From Balanoglossus misakiensis (taxonomy: Eukaryota; Animalia; Hemichordata), in NCBI GenBank assembly GCA_040954595.2, contig CM082578.2, positions 6,495,519-6,559,518 of the forward strand: DNA of 64,000 bases, written 5' to 3'. Positions within the stretch are counted from its first letter, which is position 1. The number at the start of each line of letters is the position of its first letter. Below, piece after piece: positions 1-13,600 of the stretch. The notes under the pieces were generated by a model. The model searched no databases. It was not told where the DNA came from and saw nothing but the letters and a program-made list of their open reading frames with translations. The translations under genes and the position numbers were made by a program.

Positions 1-20
1 GAGCGAAGCAGTTTGAAAGA

Positions 21-3000
21 ATGGCCGGCCGGTTTCATTGCAAACTTGAAGTCTTTCTTTGCTTGACTATTTCGTGTGCAGTTATCATTCTTCTTATGGT
101 GTTTCCAGGACTTCCTAATGTCACGCAACACGTGTCGCCAAAACAGGTAAGAATACATGTGTATACTTTGACGTAGGCTTACTGACGCCCTTTTGACAGT
201 TCGTTAATACTAAAAAGGCTATATAAAAGTTGTAAAATATGTAAACGAATTAGTGTATGAATGCTTTCATAAAAAGATGGGTTTTAAGTTGGGATTTAAA
301 AGAAGACAGGGAAGGTGCATTTCTAATTGAAGCGTCAAGGGAATTCCATAGCCTGGGATAATGGGGAACGCGCCAAAAATTTGATAGAGAAACCTTGGAG
401 GTGAAAGGATAGTGTCCCAGATCCTAACAAATTCAAAAACACAAGACGATATACACACTTTGAACTCTCCTTATACCACCACCACCACCACCACCACCAC
501 CACCACCACCACCACCATTTGACTGTAAACAAAGGTATTAATCCCGGGGAAGTTAACCCAGTCTCTGTTACTTCACGAACTTCGCATCCGTCCCGATGTT
601 GTGATCTTAATGATTCAAATATTACAGACAGCAAAGACGGACACAAACCCGTCGTCACAGAGCCGTGGCAGGGACGTTAAAGAATCTGACCTGATGACGT
701 CACCGCCGACAATTCATGGTCACTTCGACGGTCAAAGATATCTGTTGCCTTTGATTGAGTACGACTGGAACGGGCCGGGATGGTGGATGAATCAGATGAG
801 ACACGCGATAGTATTAGCCATTCACTTCAACAGAACTATCGTGACGGTGCCACTCAAGACACATCACAGGGACGAGCCGCGTAACCAGTTGGTGCCGTTC
901 TCTTCCACATTCGATGAGCACGCTTTGAATCAAGTACTGCCCGTTGTCACATTAGACCGATTCAAACAGTTATGTGGAAACCGCATATCCGAGGAGGGTC
1001 TCATAGTCGATCCGTTTCGGCACAGGGACCTGGCTAAATCGAAGGGGGGATTTCTCGGCGTGTACAAGTGGTCTCGTCACTTCTACGAGAAGAATCTCGG
1101 AATCCTGCTGCCGGAAGCGAGCAGCATCCCGAAATCTGAGAGCGAGTACAGGGAACGTCTGGAATCTCTGAAGAGCGGGCGTTGCGTCGCTGTATATCAC
1201 CCAAACAGGGCCAAGATTGAAATCCCAGACAATCAAACTCTCCACAACCAAGCTGCTCTGGGGCTCCCCAAAGCTCCGTACATCCGGGAACTTGTAGACA
1301 GACTGGAGGAACATATGTGCGGAGGAGAACCATTTCTTGTGGTACACTGGCGAAACAAGACAGGAGAAAGGTTGGGAAAACGCCATGTATTTTCCAACGT
1401 CCTCGTTTACTGCAAATTCTTACATTAAAAGTAATTTCGTCAAAAATAAGGTATCCGTTTACCTTAAAAGTTCCTTAAGACGTGGAACTAAATGCACATC
1501 TTATTTTCAGGGTCTCGCATTTTCAAAGGACAAGATTTACTTGCGACCCACCCCACCCTGGCCCGACCCATTATGTCCAAAAAAACGCCCTCTATCGTGC
1601 GATTGCATTTTAGGTCGTGTCCCATAATTATCCCAATATCTATACCCATTTTGTTGGACTTTTATATCGTTAGGCATTAATATCTGATATACAGTCCCGT
1701 TGTTTACATCCCAAAAAACTTTTATTCATTACATTATATGTGCATGGTTCACCACTCCATATCCACGACCGTTTGGTGTTATGTTTTCTCTATACAGATG
1801 CATCGGACACAAAGCATGTAAAGGCGACCTGCAGGAAGATGTTCAAAAGTTGATCAGACTGTCGCCGAATATCTCTGACGTCATCGTCGCTCACATGAAG
1901 AGCATGAACTTGACCTGCGTGTACGTAGCGCACCCTACCTTCGAACAGGTAAACATTTGTCAGAATTCCGCATCATTTACACATCGACCCACGCCTGAAC
2001 CGATTTCTATTAAAATTTGGTAAAGGCACAATGGACTATGGCGTGCATGTCATTTTGTGTGGCGATGCGATCCAAGAATGTCCTCAGCCATTACTCGATG
2101 GTTGTCTGTCATCTGTTTTTATAATATTTTGAGGTGTTACTAGTAACATTTTTTTTTTCAAAATACGCGTTAATTGATTTCATTCCATTGATCCAGCGGT
2201 GGGTTGTCACTGACGATGGTTTGTCATAATGATTTATCGTGTATTTTTGCAGCAAATACTGGTTGACTTGAAATCTAAGCTATCTTCAGAGAAGATAATA
2301 ACTCAGGCAGATATCATGAAGATGAAAGAGATGACTCCGTATATTGGTAAAACTTATGAAATCTCGCTTATCGAGCAAGAAATATGTCTACGTAAGTTTC
2401 GGGCCCACAATCAATAAGGGAATGGCGTGGGATGTGGATGGGGTGTTTGGCTTGGTGAGGTCAGCCTTTGAAAAATCAATAGGATTCGCGGTGTTATTTC
2501 ATACCATACCATACCATACCATACCATACCATACCATACCATACCATACCATACCATACCATACCATACCATACCATACCATACCATACCATACCATACC
2601 ATACCATACCATACCATACCGCAATGCGCCGCACCACAGTACACCACACCACACCTTAGCGTGCCACACCGCACAGCACCACACTTCAGCTTTTGCGCGC
2701 TTCGTTGGATTTGTCGTCATGCTTGACACCGTTAAAACTCCATAATAGCTGTAACTTTTCGCTGTGATTTCATTACATGTATGTGTATCTACTGCAGTTT
2801 CTTGTTCAAATTCCTGAAGCGTGATGAAATATCCATTGTTATGGGATTACCCCCCCCCTTTTTTCAGAACCTTTTCAGGTAAAAATGTACATTGTTTAGT
2901 ATTTCTATGCTAAAACATTTCGAAAATATCTCGCAAACTCTAAAAATCATACTAGTATTTGGCGACACTCAGGCTATATAACATTTAAAAGATGCCGTTC

Positions 3001-3162
3001 AATTTTATATTTGCATATATAGGTGCCAAAATGTTCCTGCCTTGGTTCACGTACGGATCGTGGAGTGCATTTGTTGGCAGCGAGAGGAAAGCGCGCGGGC
3101 TGCTATCAAGAGGGCTCGCCGATCTACCCGGAATGCCTGAAGAAGCCCTTGTTTACAAATAA
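21..3162 (+). CDS. O-fucosyltransferase-family (GT-B, POFUT-like) type II membrane glycosyltransferase, 5 exons, ~432 aa
   Basis: Exons 21-146, 628-1370, 1798-1948, 2253-2391, 3023-3162; all introns GT-AG and phases join in frame to TAA at 3160-3162. N-terminal signal-anchor (VFLCLTISCAVIILLMVF), then O-FucT-type motifs 'NQMRHAIVLAIHFNRTIVTVP', 'PFLVVHWR', 'CVYVA' and the C-terminal 'SLIEQEICLRAKMFL..GSWSAFVGSER'. The frame is also open upstream of ATG 21, so the start could lie before the window. Confidence 0.8.
250..400 (-). mobile_element. 3' remnant of an L2/CR1-clade LINE (reverse transcriptase C-terminus)
   Basis: The minus strand translates as PRLWNSLDASIRNAPSLSSFKSQLKTHLFMKAFIH*, the typical C-terminal 'LWNSLP..IR...SL..FK..LKT.LF' signature of L2/CR1 ORF2. 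It lies in intron 1 of the glycosyltransferase gene. Confidence 0.75.
475..518. repeat. (CAC)n microsatellite
   Basis: Perfect ACC/CAC trinucleotide run; source of the poly-Trp ORF artefact. Confidence 0.95.
2500..2620. repeat. (CCATA)n pentanucleotide microsatellite
   Basis: About 24 perfect CATAC units followed by degenerate CACAC units. Confidence 0.95.
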
Positions 3163-4190
3163 CCCCTTGGATGACACGGGAAATCTTGAGGTCTTGTAAT
3201 ATGCACGTCTATGAACTTCGTATGGAATAACATGTTTCGAAATGGAGTATTCGATGCATCGAAAGAAACAATCTCTTTGCTTTTCTGTGACCGATGGCGT
3301 TGGAACTTGAAGCAGAAAAGATGGAGGAAGATTTTAAGAATGCTGACTTATTGTCATTTGTAAAAGGCCACGAAAAAAAGGAAAATTTTGAATTGAAAAG
3401 GGGAATTTTTCAAGATTTTATTGAAAATTGAAATACTCACGCAAACCTCACAAGCTGCCTTAATTCAATAAGCTTAAATTGATTGGCTGTCTCTTGGATT
3501 ACCGAGGTCTCATGGGCCCTTGGATTTTTTCTTAATTAATAGGCCATAGACAGTCTATGAATAGGCCTGCCATGAGCCGGGGGACCACAAGCACCCATGC
3601 CTCCAGATCGAAATCCCCCAGCATGCCGTTGAGGGCGTCAAGCAGAGTCGGCATCAGGCTCCCTTTCAATATTTTGAGGCTTCTCAAGCGAATTTTCCAC
3701 AAATTTTTGGGTGACGTCTAATTTTGAGTGTAGGACCAGCTAGCTTAAATAAAGAAAGTGATTCGTTGTAAATACAGATATGGACAGATAGCCTAAATTC
3801 TGAATGTTCTTCTTTGAATTAGATCTTTCAAAATAAATGAGAAGCCTTTTCTGTCATGCAACCCCCAATTGCCATTTTGCAATTAACAGGATTCGAATAT
3901 TCCAATTTTTGTGAGGCTTTTTTAACCATTACATGGCATGACTATCGACTGTTAGCGAATCTTTAGGCCTATAATCAAACCGAGACATATAAAGTCATCT
4001 GCTAGTATATCGAGTACATTATTTCTGAGTCATGACATCATGGAAGGGGGTGAACAAGCCGTTTAGGGAAAAGAACAAGAAACTGAAGTTAAACACAAAA
4101 GAAAAATTACTTATACAAGTACATTGTACACATAATACAAGTACAATATCCTTTATTATCACATTACATTGTCAATCATATAATTGTGTT

Positions 4191-4276
4191 AATTATCTCG
4201 CCTACCAACTTTAATCATATAGACCACGGTCACTCCATCGTGGTCTATATGATAAAAATTGGTAGGCGAGATAATT
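4191..4276. repeat. Near-perfect 38-bp-arm palindrome (hairpin / foldback MITE-like)
   Basis: aattatctcgcctaccaactttaatcatatagaccacg - 10 nt loop - cgtggtctatatgataaaaattggtaggcgagataatt; 2 mismatches between arms. Confidence 0.9.
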
Positions 4277-4658
4277 TTTCATGTGATTTATCGGCGTTTG
4301 TAACCTAGGCTTAAAATCTTTCGTTCAGTTCACACACATCTTTTTTCGTTGTGCAGGACATTGCATAAAATTAGCACTTGATCTATTTTGTGTAAATTGT
4401 CTGTGAACATGTTCCAAGAGCAGGCCACCATGTATTTGGCGACCCTACCCAAAAGACGCTTGTAAATCACTCTTATAGTTACATTCAAGGTCATTTCGGT
4501 TGAATAGTCAAGCATTACGTTGTTTCCAAACAAATGATAACCTCACAAAAAGTCAACAAGGACGATGAAGTGAAAGTGTAGTTGCTCATTTAAATAGATG
4601 TGGCTGCATACATTAGCATAACTTATGTAAATTAGTATAAACAAGCCAACATGGCAAT

Positions 4659-7600
4659 ATGGCGACCAAGTGGGATGAAACTACGTCGGAAACTTTGTGT
4701 GACGATACTGACGAGCTTGACGACGACATATTCTTTTCGTCGTCGCCGGTGAAGACGAGAAATGACACTGATTGGCCGGGCGATTCCCACGGGCTCGACA
4801 CGAGCGACATGAGGAAGAATTACATGGAGAGTGCGACAGGTGGCAGGGAACGAGCTCGGCACAATCGGAGTTCGATAGTGGACGGGTTGTTATGCGAAAT
4901 TTACGACAAGTATCACGGACACCGTTCTGACAGTTTCGACAGCGATGGCTTCACCGAGTGTTCAAGTAACTCCGATGCGGTCCATCTCACCGGCAGTCGG
5001 AGTGATACGATCCAACATCAGTTGGCCAACCGGCATACGACGAGACTCCATCGCGCATACCTAAACACGAAAAGTAAGTACCCTTTCGGGCCATCAATAG
5101 TCGTGTGTGCATTTATAATTCAAACAGTGTATATCCGTGAAAATAAGTGTAGATGCCGTGTTTTCATGTTTGACAACCTAGTCTACGGTTTTACGGCACC
5201 TGAAATACCAGTCACTCCCATATGTCACCAGAAAATGAGCTCTCAGTCTCAACCAAAGTTCAGTCTTGAGTCTTCAAGACAGTGGGAGGCGATGACCTTG
5301 TATCCTTTTTCATCCCTTTCGTTTTTGCTCTTGCATTATTCATTCTGAACAGACAGGCAGACTAGACGGACACGTTGCTGTAATCATTGCAGTCGCGTGT
5401 TCGTCACCCGTATCTAAGCAATAGACCCCCAATGGTCGAACTAAATTGTTTCGGTGAAATATTACTTCTTTCATTTCAAATACTGGTAGTGCATGGTGTA
5501 TATTTTGTACAACATGTTGTACAAAACAGTACACAGACATTATCACAGGATGTTGTTGCGTATGTGTACACACTAAAATCTAGTCAAATGTCACCGTGTA
5601 AGCTAGTATATTATACACATATGGGAGTTATAAGCTCCAGCTAGATCATTTGTATCAAAAAGACATTGCAAATGGCACTGTTAGTCCTAAAATGAAAAAC
5701 TAAAATTTGTAAACAAACATGTCCAATGCAGCACACGTATTGCATAGTCATATTATTTATGGGTGTACAGGAACAAAAATGTATTTGAAAGCATTTAAAA
5801 AAATACAAATATCAGAAGTAATGCAAAAATGATATGAAAATTATATTAAACATTTTCTCAACACTCAGTGGGTTTGAAATGTTAATGATGTACTTTATGT
5901 TTATCAATTTGTAAATTATAAATTTTTGACTGCCAGGTTGCAAATCTCCTGCTCCCATCTGACTGTGAGTCATCGTATTCATTCCACAAATTAATTCACT
6001 TGTTTTGAAAAGGTGACTCAAATTATGAAACATCACAACGACTTATTTATCCTGGTAGGACATTTTAAACACAGAAGTTTACGCACATTACTCCAAAAAC
6101 TCACCACAGGTCATCCAACAGCACACATGACAGTCCCATAAGACAAAAATCATCTTGTCATTTTGCAACATTGTAGCACATATCAGTGTTCTCCCCAGAG
6201 CAATTAAAGCATGGTGGCCACCACTCTTTACTTTGGAGAAAACAATAGAACTTAATTAACACAACAATTAATTATACTGTAATGCAAATTAGCCATTTTA
6301 CAAGATTTGGTAAATCCATTGCCCACTGGGTATTTTTACAAATGGACTGCAACTGCGAAGGTTTATGGGTAATAATTGGCTTTTTATGATTTCCTGCTCA
6401 CTGAAACATGCTAATGGCCATTTGTTACAACTCAGTCTCATCTTGTACATGAGTCACATAACTTGAGAATGCATGAACGTCTACAATATAATTTTTATTT
6501 TTGACCAAAAATAGGATGGAAGTATTCATGTGTAATGTCCATGTATAGGTTGTGAATTGAGCCATGGCAACAGGTTGTTGGCCAATCCTTCAGTGAGTAG
6601 AGCAACATAAATGGCCAATCAAAAAAAAAAATATAATGTTAGTCAGTGAATTTGTCCCTTATCTGACAATTTCTGACTGATATATGACACTGACTAAACA
6701 TCTCAGCAATAACTGATCTATCCTTTATGGTGTACATACAAAATGTAGTGTAAAGTCATTGTTTGCATGCTCTATCACTTACACTGCAACCTCAGCAACC
6801 TATAGTAGAGTAAACATAATTACAGAAAAACACATCCTGGATTAAAATTGCAAATGGAATTTTGGATTAGAAAGATATTTACAAGAGATACACTCCATTC
6901 CAGTAATATTTACACTTGGTAAATCTGACTGTCAACAACATATGGTGATGTGTACAGTGTATAAAAACTTATGAAATCTTGAAAAGTTCTTGCAGTTCCA
7001 ACACTGGGCCAACTTTTCATCATGGTAGAAAATTCGGCAGTGATAGCTAGAAATCTTCAGATATGGACATCAAAGTATGGATTTTTCATCTGGTAATCAT
7101 ATCAATAGTCTTCCTTTTTCTGCAAAATAAATGAACATGAGAAGTTTTGGACAATTAGGCGCATACAGACATGTGCTATGATTGGCACTAGATATGCTAA
7201 ATTGTAAATAAAAAGTATAGTATTGCAAACAGGTATCATATGTACATTGCAGGAAGCCAGAATTATTTTATAATGTGGTAATTATAATAAAAAGCAGACT
7301 ACATGTACACATATGACTTATAATGACAGGCTGTTTTTACTGACAAATATCAAAAAGGTTACGCTGGATTAGGACTGTATGTTAGTATTGGTTTGCTGGT
7401 CCAATATTATTATTAATTAATACTCACTGTGCACATGTGTGAAATGTACATTGTGTGAACAAAAAGGCTGATCACAACCAGTCTAATATTTAGTCACTAC
7501 AATGTATGATCACCTCAGCATCAATGAAATGGCCTACATGCAGTAAAATGATTATTCATTTCTCATATAGTTCATCTGTGTAATCAGCAGATTGACGTAC

Positions 7601-10600
7601 AGTACTTATGGTAATATGTGCTCACTTGAAGCCCATTTACTCATTGCAATGTACATGTACATGTAATCTACAGCTAGGTTATGGGTACATATGTGCAAGA
7701 CAGTATCAGCTTAGTGTGTTTATGATAGTTACATTTGAATTTAAAAATCAGCCAATTGACAAAACTGAGATGTATTTCTATAATACAATATTTAGTTTTC
7801 CAACATGTCATCACTTGTTCTTAGCTTCCATATTTTGAAATCTACAAGCAAGCTCTAACAATGCAAATTATGAAAACAAATTGCAGAGTGATAGTTTGGA
7901 GTACTACTGCTGCAAAAGCAATATTATACAAACATGTAATGACAATTTAATTTTGAAATGTACAATAAAAACAAATTTTACGATTGTTGAACTTGATCAC
8001 ATTGAAGCACCAAGGATCCAGTGTGCAGTCAATATTTAGTTAAAAAGCAAGCTGAATGGATTAGTCGCTGAAAATGTGGTCTGTGCTTTCTGTGAAAGAT
8101 GCAGGTAGAGGAGGAGGCCATTTTGCATCAGCTGATACAATGTAGTGAGACAATAAAAACGCAATTATGAATGGCACTGACTTCCTCAGCATGTGGCGCA
8201 TGCAAAGACGTAAATTTAATTTCAGTTTTATTTCATATGATCCATTGTTCGATATTACAGTCAGGGAGAACGAATAAAATGAAAATTGTTTTTAACTCCA
8301 TCTATTATTTACTCCAAAACGTTTGGGGTTTGGGATTAGGCGAGTCACGGCTTAGGGGTTCAAAGTGTCTCACAACCAAGTCGCAGTTGTCCGGTCCAAG
8401 CACCAGGTTTGTCTGCAATCTGAGCAATCTCGTCCAGACTCATTTGGGTCTGCTGCACAGACGTGTCATGCAAAGTTTACATATTTGCGAATGTCAATTC
8501 ATTTCCCGAGTTTTGAGTTGTTTTTGTGTGTAACAGTTGTCACTCACATGATACAGTTACATTTGTAAGGCCTGCATATGTTACATGATTGTGCAGTTTA
8601 CTCTCTGGAAATAATGAGCTTTTGATAGACCTGGCTGTGTGGGTGTGAGTCTAGCATTGTATCACCTCACCACATCTTAGGCTAGCCGACTGCAAGCCAG
8701 AACAGGTCATAGACTCATAGTTTCCGCTAGATGGTTCTGCTTCATACTGTACATGCATGCATTTATGAAAACATGTGAAAATATATAATAAAGATGCAGG
8801 TGTACTGTACATATGCATGTGACAAGTAAATACTGTAAAACGGGTTATTTTCGCCAGCAATAAATTTTTGCGAAATACGTGAGAGCCAAAAACATGAAAA
8901 TAAATAAGTCGCGTGAAATGTTTTTCGGATATAACGATGCAGTTAGTGAAATACGAGAACGCGAAAATTAATCCTCATGTTGATATCACGAAAATTTCCT
9001 GTTGCGAAAATAACCCGTTTTACAGTAAATGCATCACACATTTACCCTTTAACATTTGTGGAACAGGTGTTTTAGATTATCCACTGTTTTTTTTTAAATA
9101 TTATTTATTAAGATAAGATATGACCAACTGAAGATATAATTGATTTGCACATACATCAACATTTTTGTTTATGGTTTCCATCACACTGTATCATGTTCTT
9201 TCTGACCACAACCTGTAGAAAATCAAACTGCGATGAACAATTTTATCTCAAAAAACCTTGGATGCATCTGTAATTTGTACTTTTTTCTAGTTGCAAAAGA
9301 TGTGCATGCATAAAAGCAGTCTGTTTTGATTTGCCCTTGTTTGCAGTTGATGGGGGACACGGTTAAAATTTGGAGTGAGACCGGAAGAAAGTAATGGTTG
9401 TGTGAGCCACCAGAAACCAAGATGTCCGTGTACGAGTGTCATGACCCAATTTTGTGTATTTAACTCTTGTAACCTTTATAATAATCCACAAAATCTGAAT
9501 ATTTGTCTTAGGTGAAACTTCAAAAACAGTTTGTAATGAAGTAAAACTGAATGTGGCAGATCAGTGAGGGACAAATGGTGTTGCTACATGTATGTAGAAG
9601 TGGCTTCAACTCACGTTCAGTTTTTTCCTCATGATTTTAAAATGATGGTAATGAAATACATGTATATGTATGTTGCCAAATTCATCATCAATCACACTTA
9701 TGCTGATGTTGGGAATATTTTGCATTACGACATAGCTCACTGACAGGCCATTTGGATGCAGTGTACTTTAAGTGAATAGATTCAACGGCATCTGGCAACA
9801 GTGAATAAGCATCCATACAATAGGCTTTACCGGGAATTTAAATGCTTCATAGGTTAAGGTGCAAGCATAAAAGACATCCGTAAGTACATCCCTGGAATAC
9901 AGTGTACATGTGTACCTAAATCAGCTGACATTTCAATGTCACCTGTACTGTACACGTGTCTTCCGAGGTCACACGCACACCTTGGATCATTGTAGCGATT
10001 CACGGAAGTTAAGGATATATGTCTAGAAAACATGTAAAAAAAACCAAAAAAAAACTGACCCGGTATGTAGTGCAGAGTTGTGGTTTATGCATGATGATAA
10101 AACAGAAAAATCTTATCTGGAGCATACAATATTACGTCTCGGCATAGTCTAATGGTGGAAAATATTTCACCAATGTATGGCCGTACTTAGGCAAATTTTT
10201 GCATTCTAATTGTCAACTCTTAAAATATGGCAATAATAATACTAATACTAGTATTTAAAAAATAATATTAAATAGTTACATAATATAAATGAGAATTTGG
10301 TAATTTATTTTCTGTAGTTATTTTTAATAAAAATGTGGACATGATTTCTAAGCAACTATTTAGCAAATTGTGTGATTGCTGGGGTGTAATACATGCATGC
10401 GCAAAATCCAGTGAATGAACATATAAAAATAATTAAGTAAAGAATTATATACCGGTAATTTTCATAATTATAAAAAAAACATAATTTGTTGGACTTTGAT
10501 GAAAATTTCAGTCCAAGGTTAGTTTTGATCACAAAGAGTAATGTTGGGTTTATTTTCCCAATACACACTGAGTGGTCCAGTTTGTTGATCTCTTGGATGG

Positions 10601-13600
10601 GGACCACTCGTGGTTTTGGTTTTGTATTCATGTTTTTTGTCTTCCTTTACAAGTATGATCATTGTTTCTGTGTGTGCATGGGAATATTTTCTGCATTTAA
10701 TTCTCATGCTATGAGCTATTTTGTGCAATGCTCAAAGCAGAGCTTTCTTTGATGGAGAATTTTTTTCTTTTAAAATTAATAAAAAATCACAAGTGACAAT
10801 CTGTATTGCCAGAAACGGCACTGATTCTCAGGATGGTACATTGGGTCTTCACATCAATAAAATTCAGTTTTAAAATAAATTAAATGTGTGTGAAGAGGGG
10901 AAGCAATTCAAAGGACTTAGGTTGTGTAAAATAAAAATTATGGGAATAGTAAAATAATTTTCAGCTTGCTCAAATTAATTTTTAGTCATAAAGGGTGTAC
11001 AATTATAATCCCCTCTTAAAATTTTGACATCCTGCTTTTGTCGAGATTGTAAAATATGTTAATGATTACATGTAGCATTCAGTAAGCAAAAATATAAATA
11101 TACTGGTATATGAAACCAATTACATTACCACCCACAGGTTGTGCATACTGTGACTAATTTTAGATAAAAATGGGTCATTTTACTCTGATTGGAAGTACAG
11201 GTATATGTATATGTAATTCTTCATCCCAGCAAATTCTATGAAAGCTTGTTACAGGATTATTTCACCAAAATACTTAGATTCTGGATGAAAGGAATAAATA
11301 AGGAAATTGGTAGTAAATGATTTCAGATGAAACATATCTATCAGAAACTGCCAGATGCGTGTTTTTGATGAAATAAATACTCACAATCAATTCATTGTAT
11401 TTATTTCATCAAAAAACACTCATCTGGCAGTTTCCGATAGATATGTCTGTATCTCGTATCACATGGTGATGACAAATTTGATTCACCGTGGGATGGAAGT
11501 GGCTATTATGACCCTACACTGTGCATTTTGCAAACCACTGGAACATCATGGGCAACATGAGTGTATTGGTAAACAGACATGTCTACAGTTTTATGGCTGT
11601 AACCATATGCCTTCATGTACATCCTTGACATCTTTGTGACATACTTATCAAATCCATCGAATTTGATCAACTGCCTGGCAGTTTGTAATAGACAAAGTAA
11701 ATCTCGGCATATACAGTTTTGAAATAAAAAAGACTGAGTGATCATATTTTGTTGCTAATATAGTAAATACAAAAATGTAAATTTAAAACGTTGGCTAAAG
11801 AAGTTGAAAAAAAAACCACCTGGTGGAATCGGATGCATGTATCACTCATGATGAATCATTAGTGTGTTTGTTAATCGCCAACTGAGCATGAGATATGAGG
11901 GTTCCATTGGCAGGATATCGTACATGTAATGATGTGTAAAGAGAACTCAAGTTGGTCACGGAGGCAACCATGTGTACAGTACATATATATGTAGTGTGTA
12001 TACAGAAATTGACCCATGTGGTGTAAAACCTGTTTAAACCGGATACCAGGGCGATGTAAAAAAAAAATGTTCCACTCAGGTGTATAGAGGTCATAACATC
12101 GTGTGCTGCATTGGCTATGTGAAGAAGAAGACTGGGAAAGTAAAGGTGTTCAGTTTACAGAGGTTTCCAGTTTGGACTGTGTTTGGTGTAGTAGAGAGGT
12201 TTCACTGTATGAACACCTTTACGCATACTTCTAGACACCTTGAGTGTGAAGGGAATGGGTCGTCGCGCCGCATGGGTGTCCCCCTTGATGAGAATATGTC
12301 CTCCCATACAAACTCCCCACTGCAGTCGCCACGACCTACTAGGATCTTCAGTTGCTGTCATGCCCAGTCTACGCTACGGTTGGCTGCTTCGTTCATTCTA
12401 AGAATGATCTAATTTCCGGGATTTATGGATGAAACGCGGCGCGACAACGCCTTCACTTTAAGTAGCAAGCACCGAGAGCATACCCTTCCCTGCCATTTCG
12501 ACCTCACTCATCGGACCCCCCCCCCCCACCAGGCACCCTAGAACCTGTTTATCTTCCACATCCTCCATTCTCACAGAATTAAGGTCAAATATTTTCCAAA
12601 CAACAACCATAGGACCGTTCTCGCAAGCCATCAGCTGCACCCACCCTTGTCCCATTCCCATCATAATCATCAATCATAGATTATATGCCTGTTCATGTAC
12701 TCTGCAGCAGATGTCGACAACTGGAAATGTATCATCCTTTTGTGTTCCTGTAATAGATGTTTTCCAGCGCCGCTAATTCAATTTAAAAATAAATAAATAA
12801 ATTATCACTTTTGTTTCTTGTGAACATAAAACATGACAAAAAAAATTATGTCACAAGAATAAATGATACTCATTACTATCAAGAGATACCTAGGAATATC
12901 ATAATTCCACACCTTCATTGTACTGATATCCATACATTAAGACTTACGAGTTATTGTTTTACAATTGATCAGCAGCTGTGTATTATCGCTTGCTTTCATA
13001 TGCACATTAGGAGCACTATATTAAAATCTACTTGTCCGTTCCAGAACATATGGAATGAATGAAAAATCGCACTTGTATCCCATTTAAGTGTTTCTATGAA
13101 GTGTTTTATGTGTTTATTAACGCCTGGCCTTATATGTAAATTGATTTTAGCAGATGTCTGTTACATGTGAGCAGCTATAATGTAAAGGTATGCATACATG
13201 TATGTGTTTACAGCGTGTACTGGGGAGCCATGTGCTTGAACATGTGTTTTGGACACTAGCAATTGTTAGGCGTCTGTTGTATCTAAAAGAACTGATATGT
13301 GTACAGGAGTAATTTAAAAAGAATTCTATCTGATCAGTTCAGTTAGAGATGTTATTATAGTCACAGTTTTACCCACTGTCTAATGACACCAACCCAAACA
13401 CTTACAGGTACAGCCACCTCTAATTTACATATAGCCCATATATGGTCATGCCTAAGTCTTCAAATGACCAGGTGGTGGCACACTTATTTCCACGTCTGCC
13501 ACCTACTGTAAATCTGTGATTGGCTATACATGTATTCTGATTTTCCATGGTAACAGTGGTTAAATTTGCATAGGTGATAAATGATAGCTATGTTCATTTG

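Noticed and set aside
335-658. ORF with a poly-Trp run
   Set aside because: Reverse reading of the (CAC)n microsatellite.
2344-2745. HTIPY / MVWYG repeat ORFs
   Set aside because: Artefact of the (CCATA)n microsatellite in intron 4 of the glycosyltransferase gene.
3538-3567. catagacagtctatg palindrome flanked by aataggc repeats
   Set aside because: Possibly a transposon footprint, but too short to distinguish from chance.
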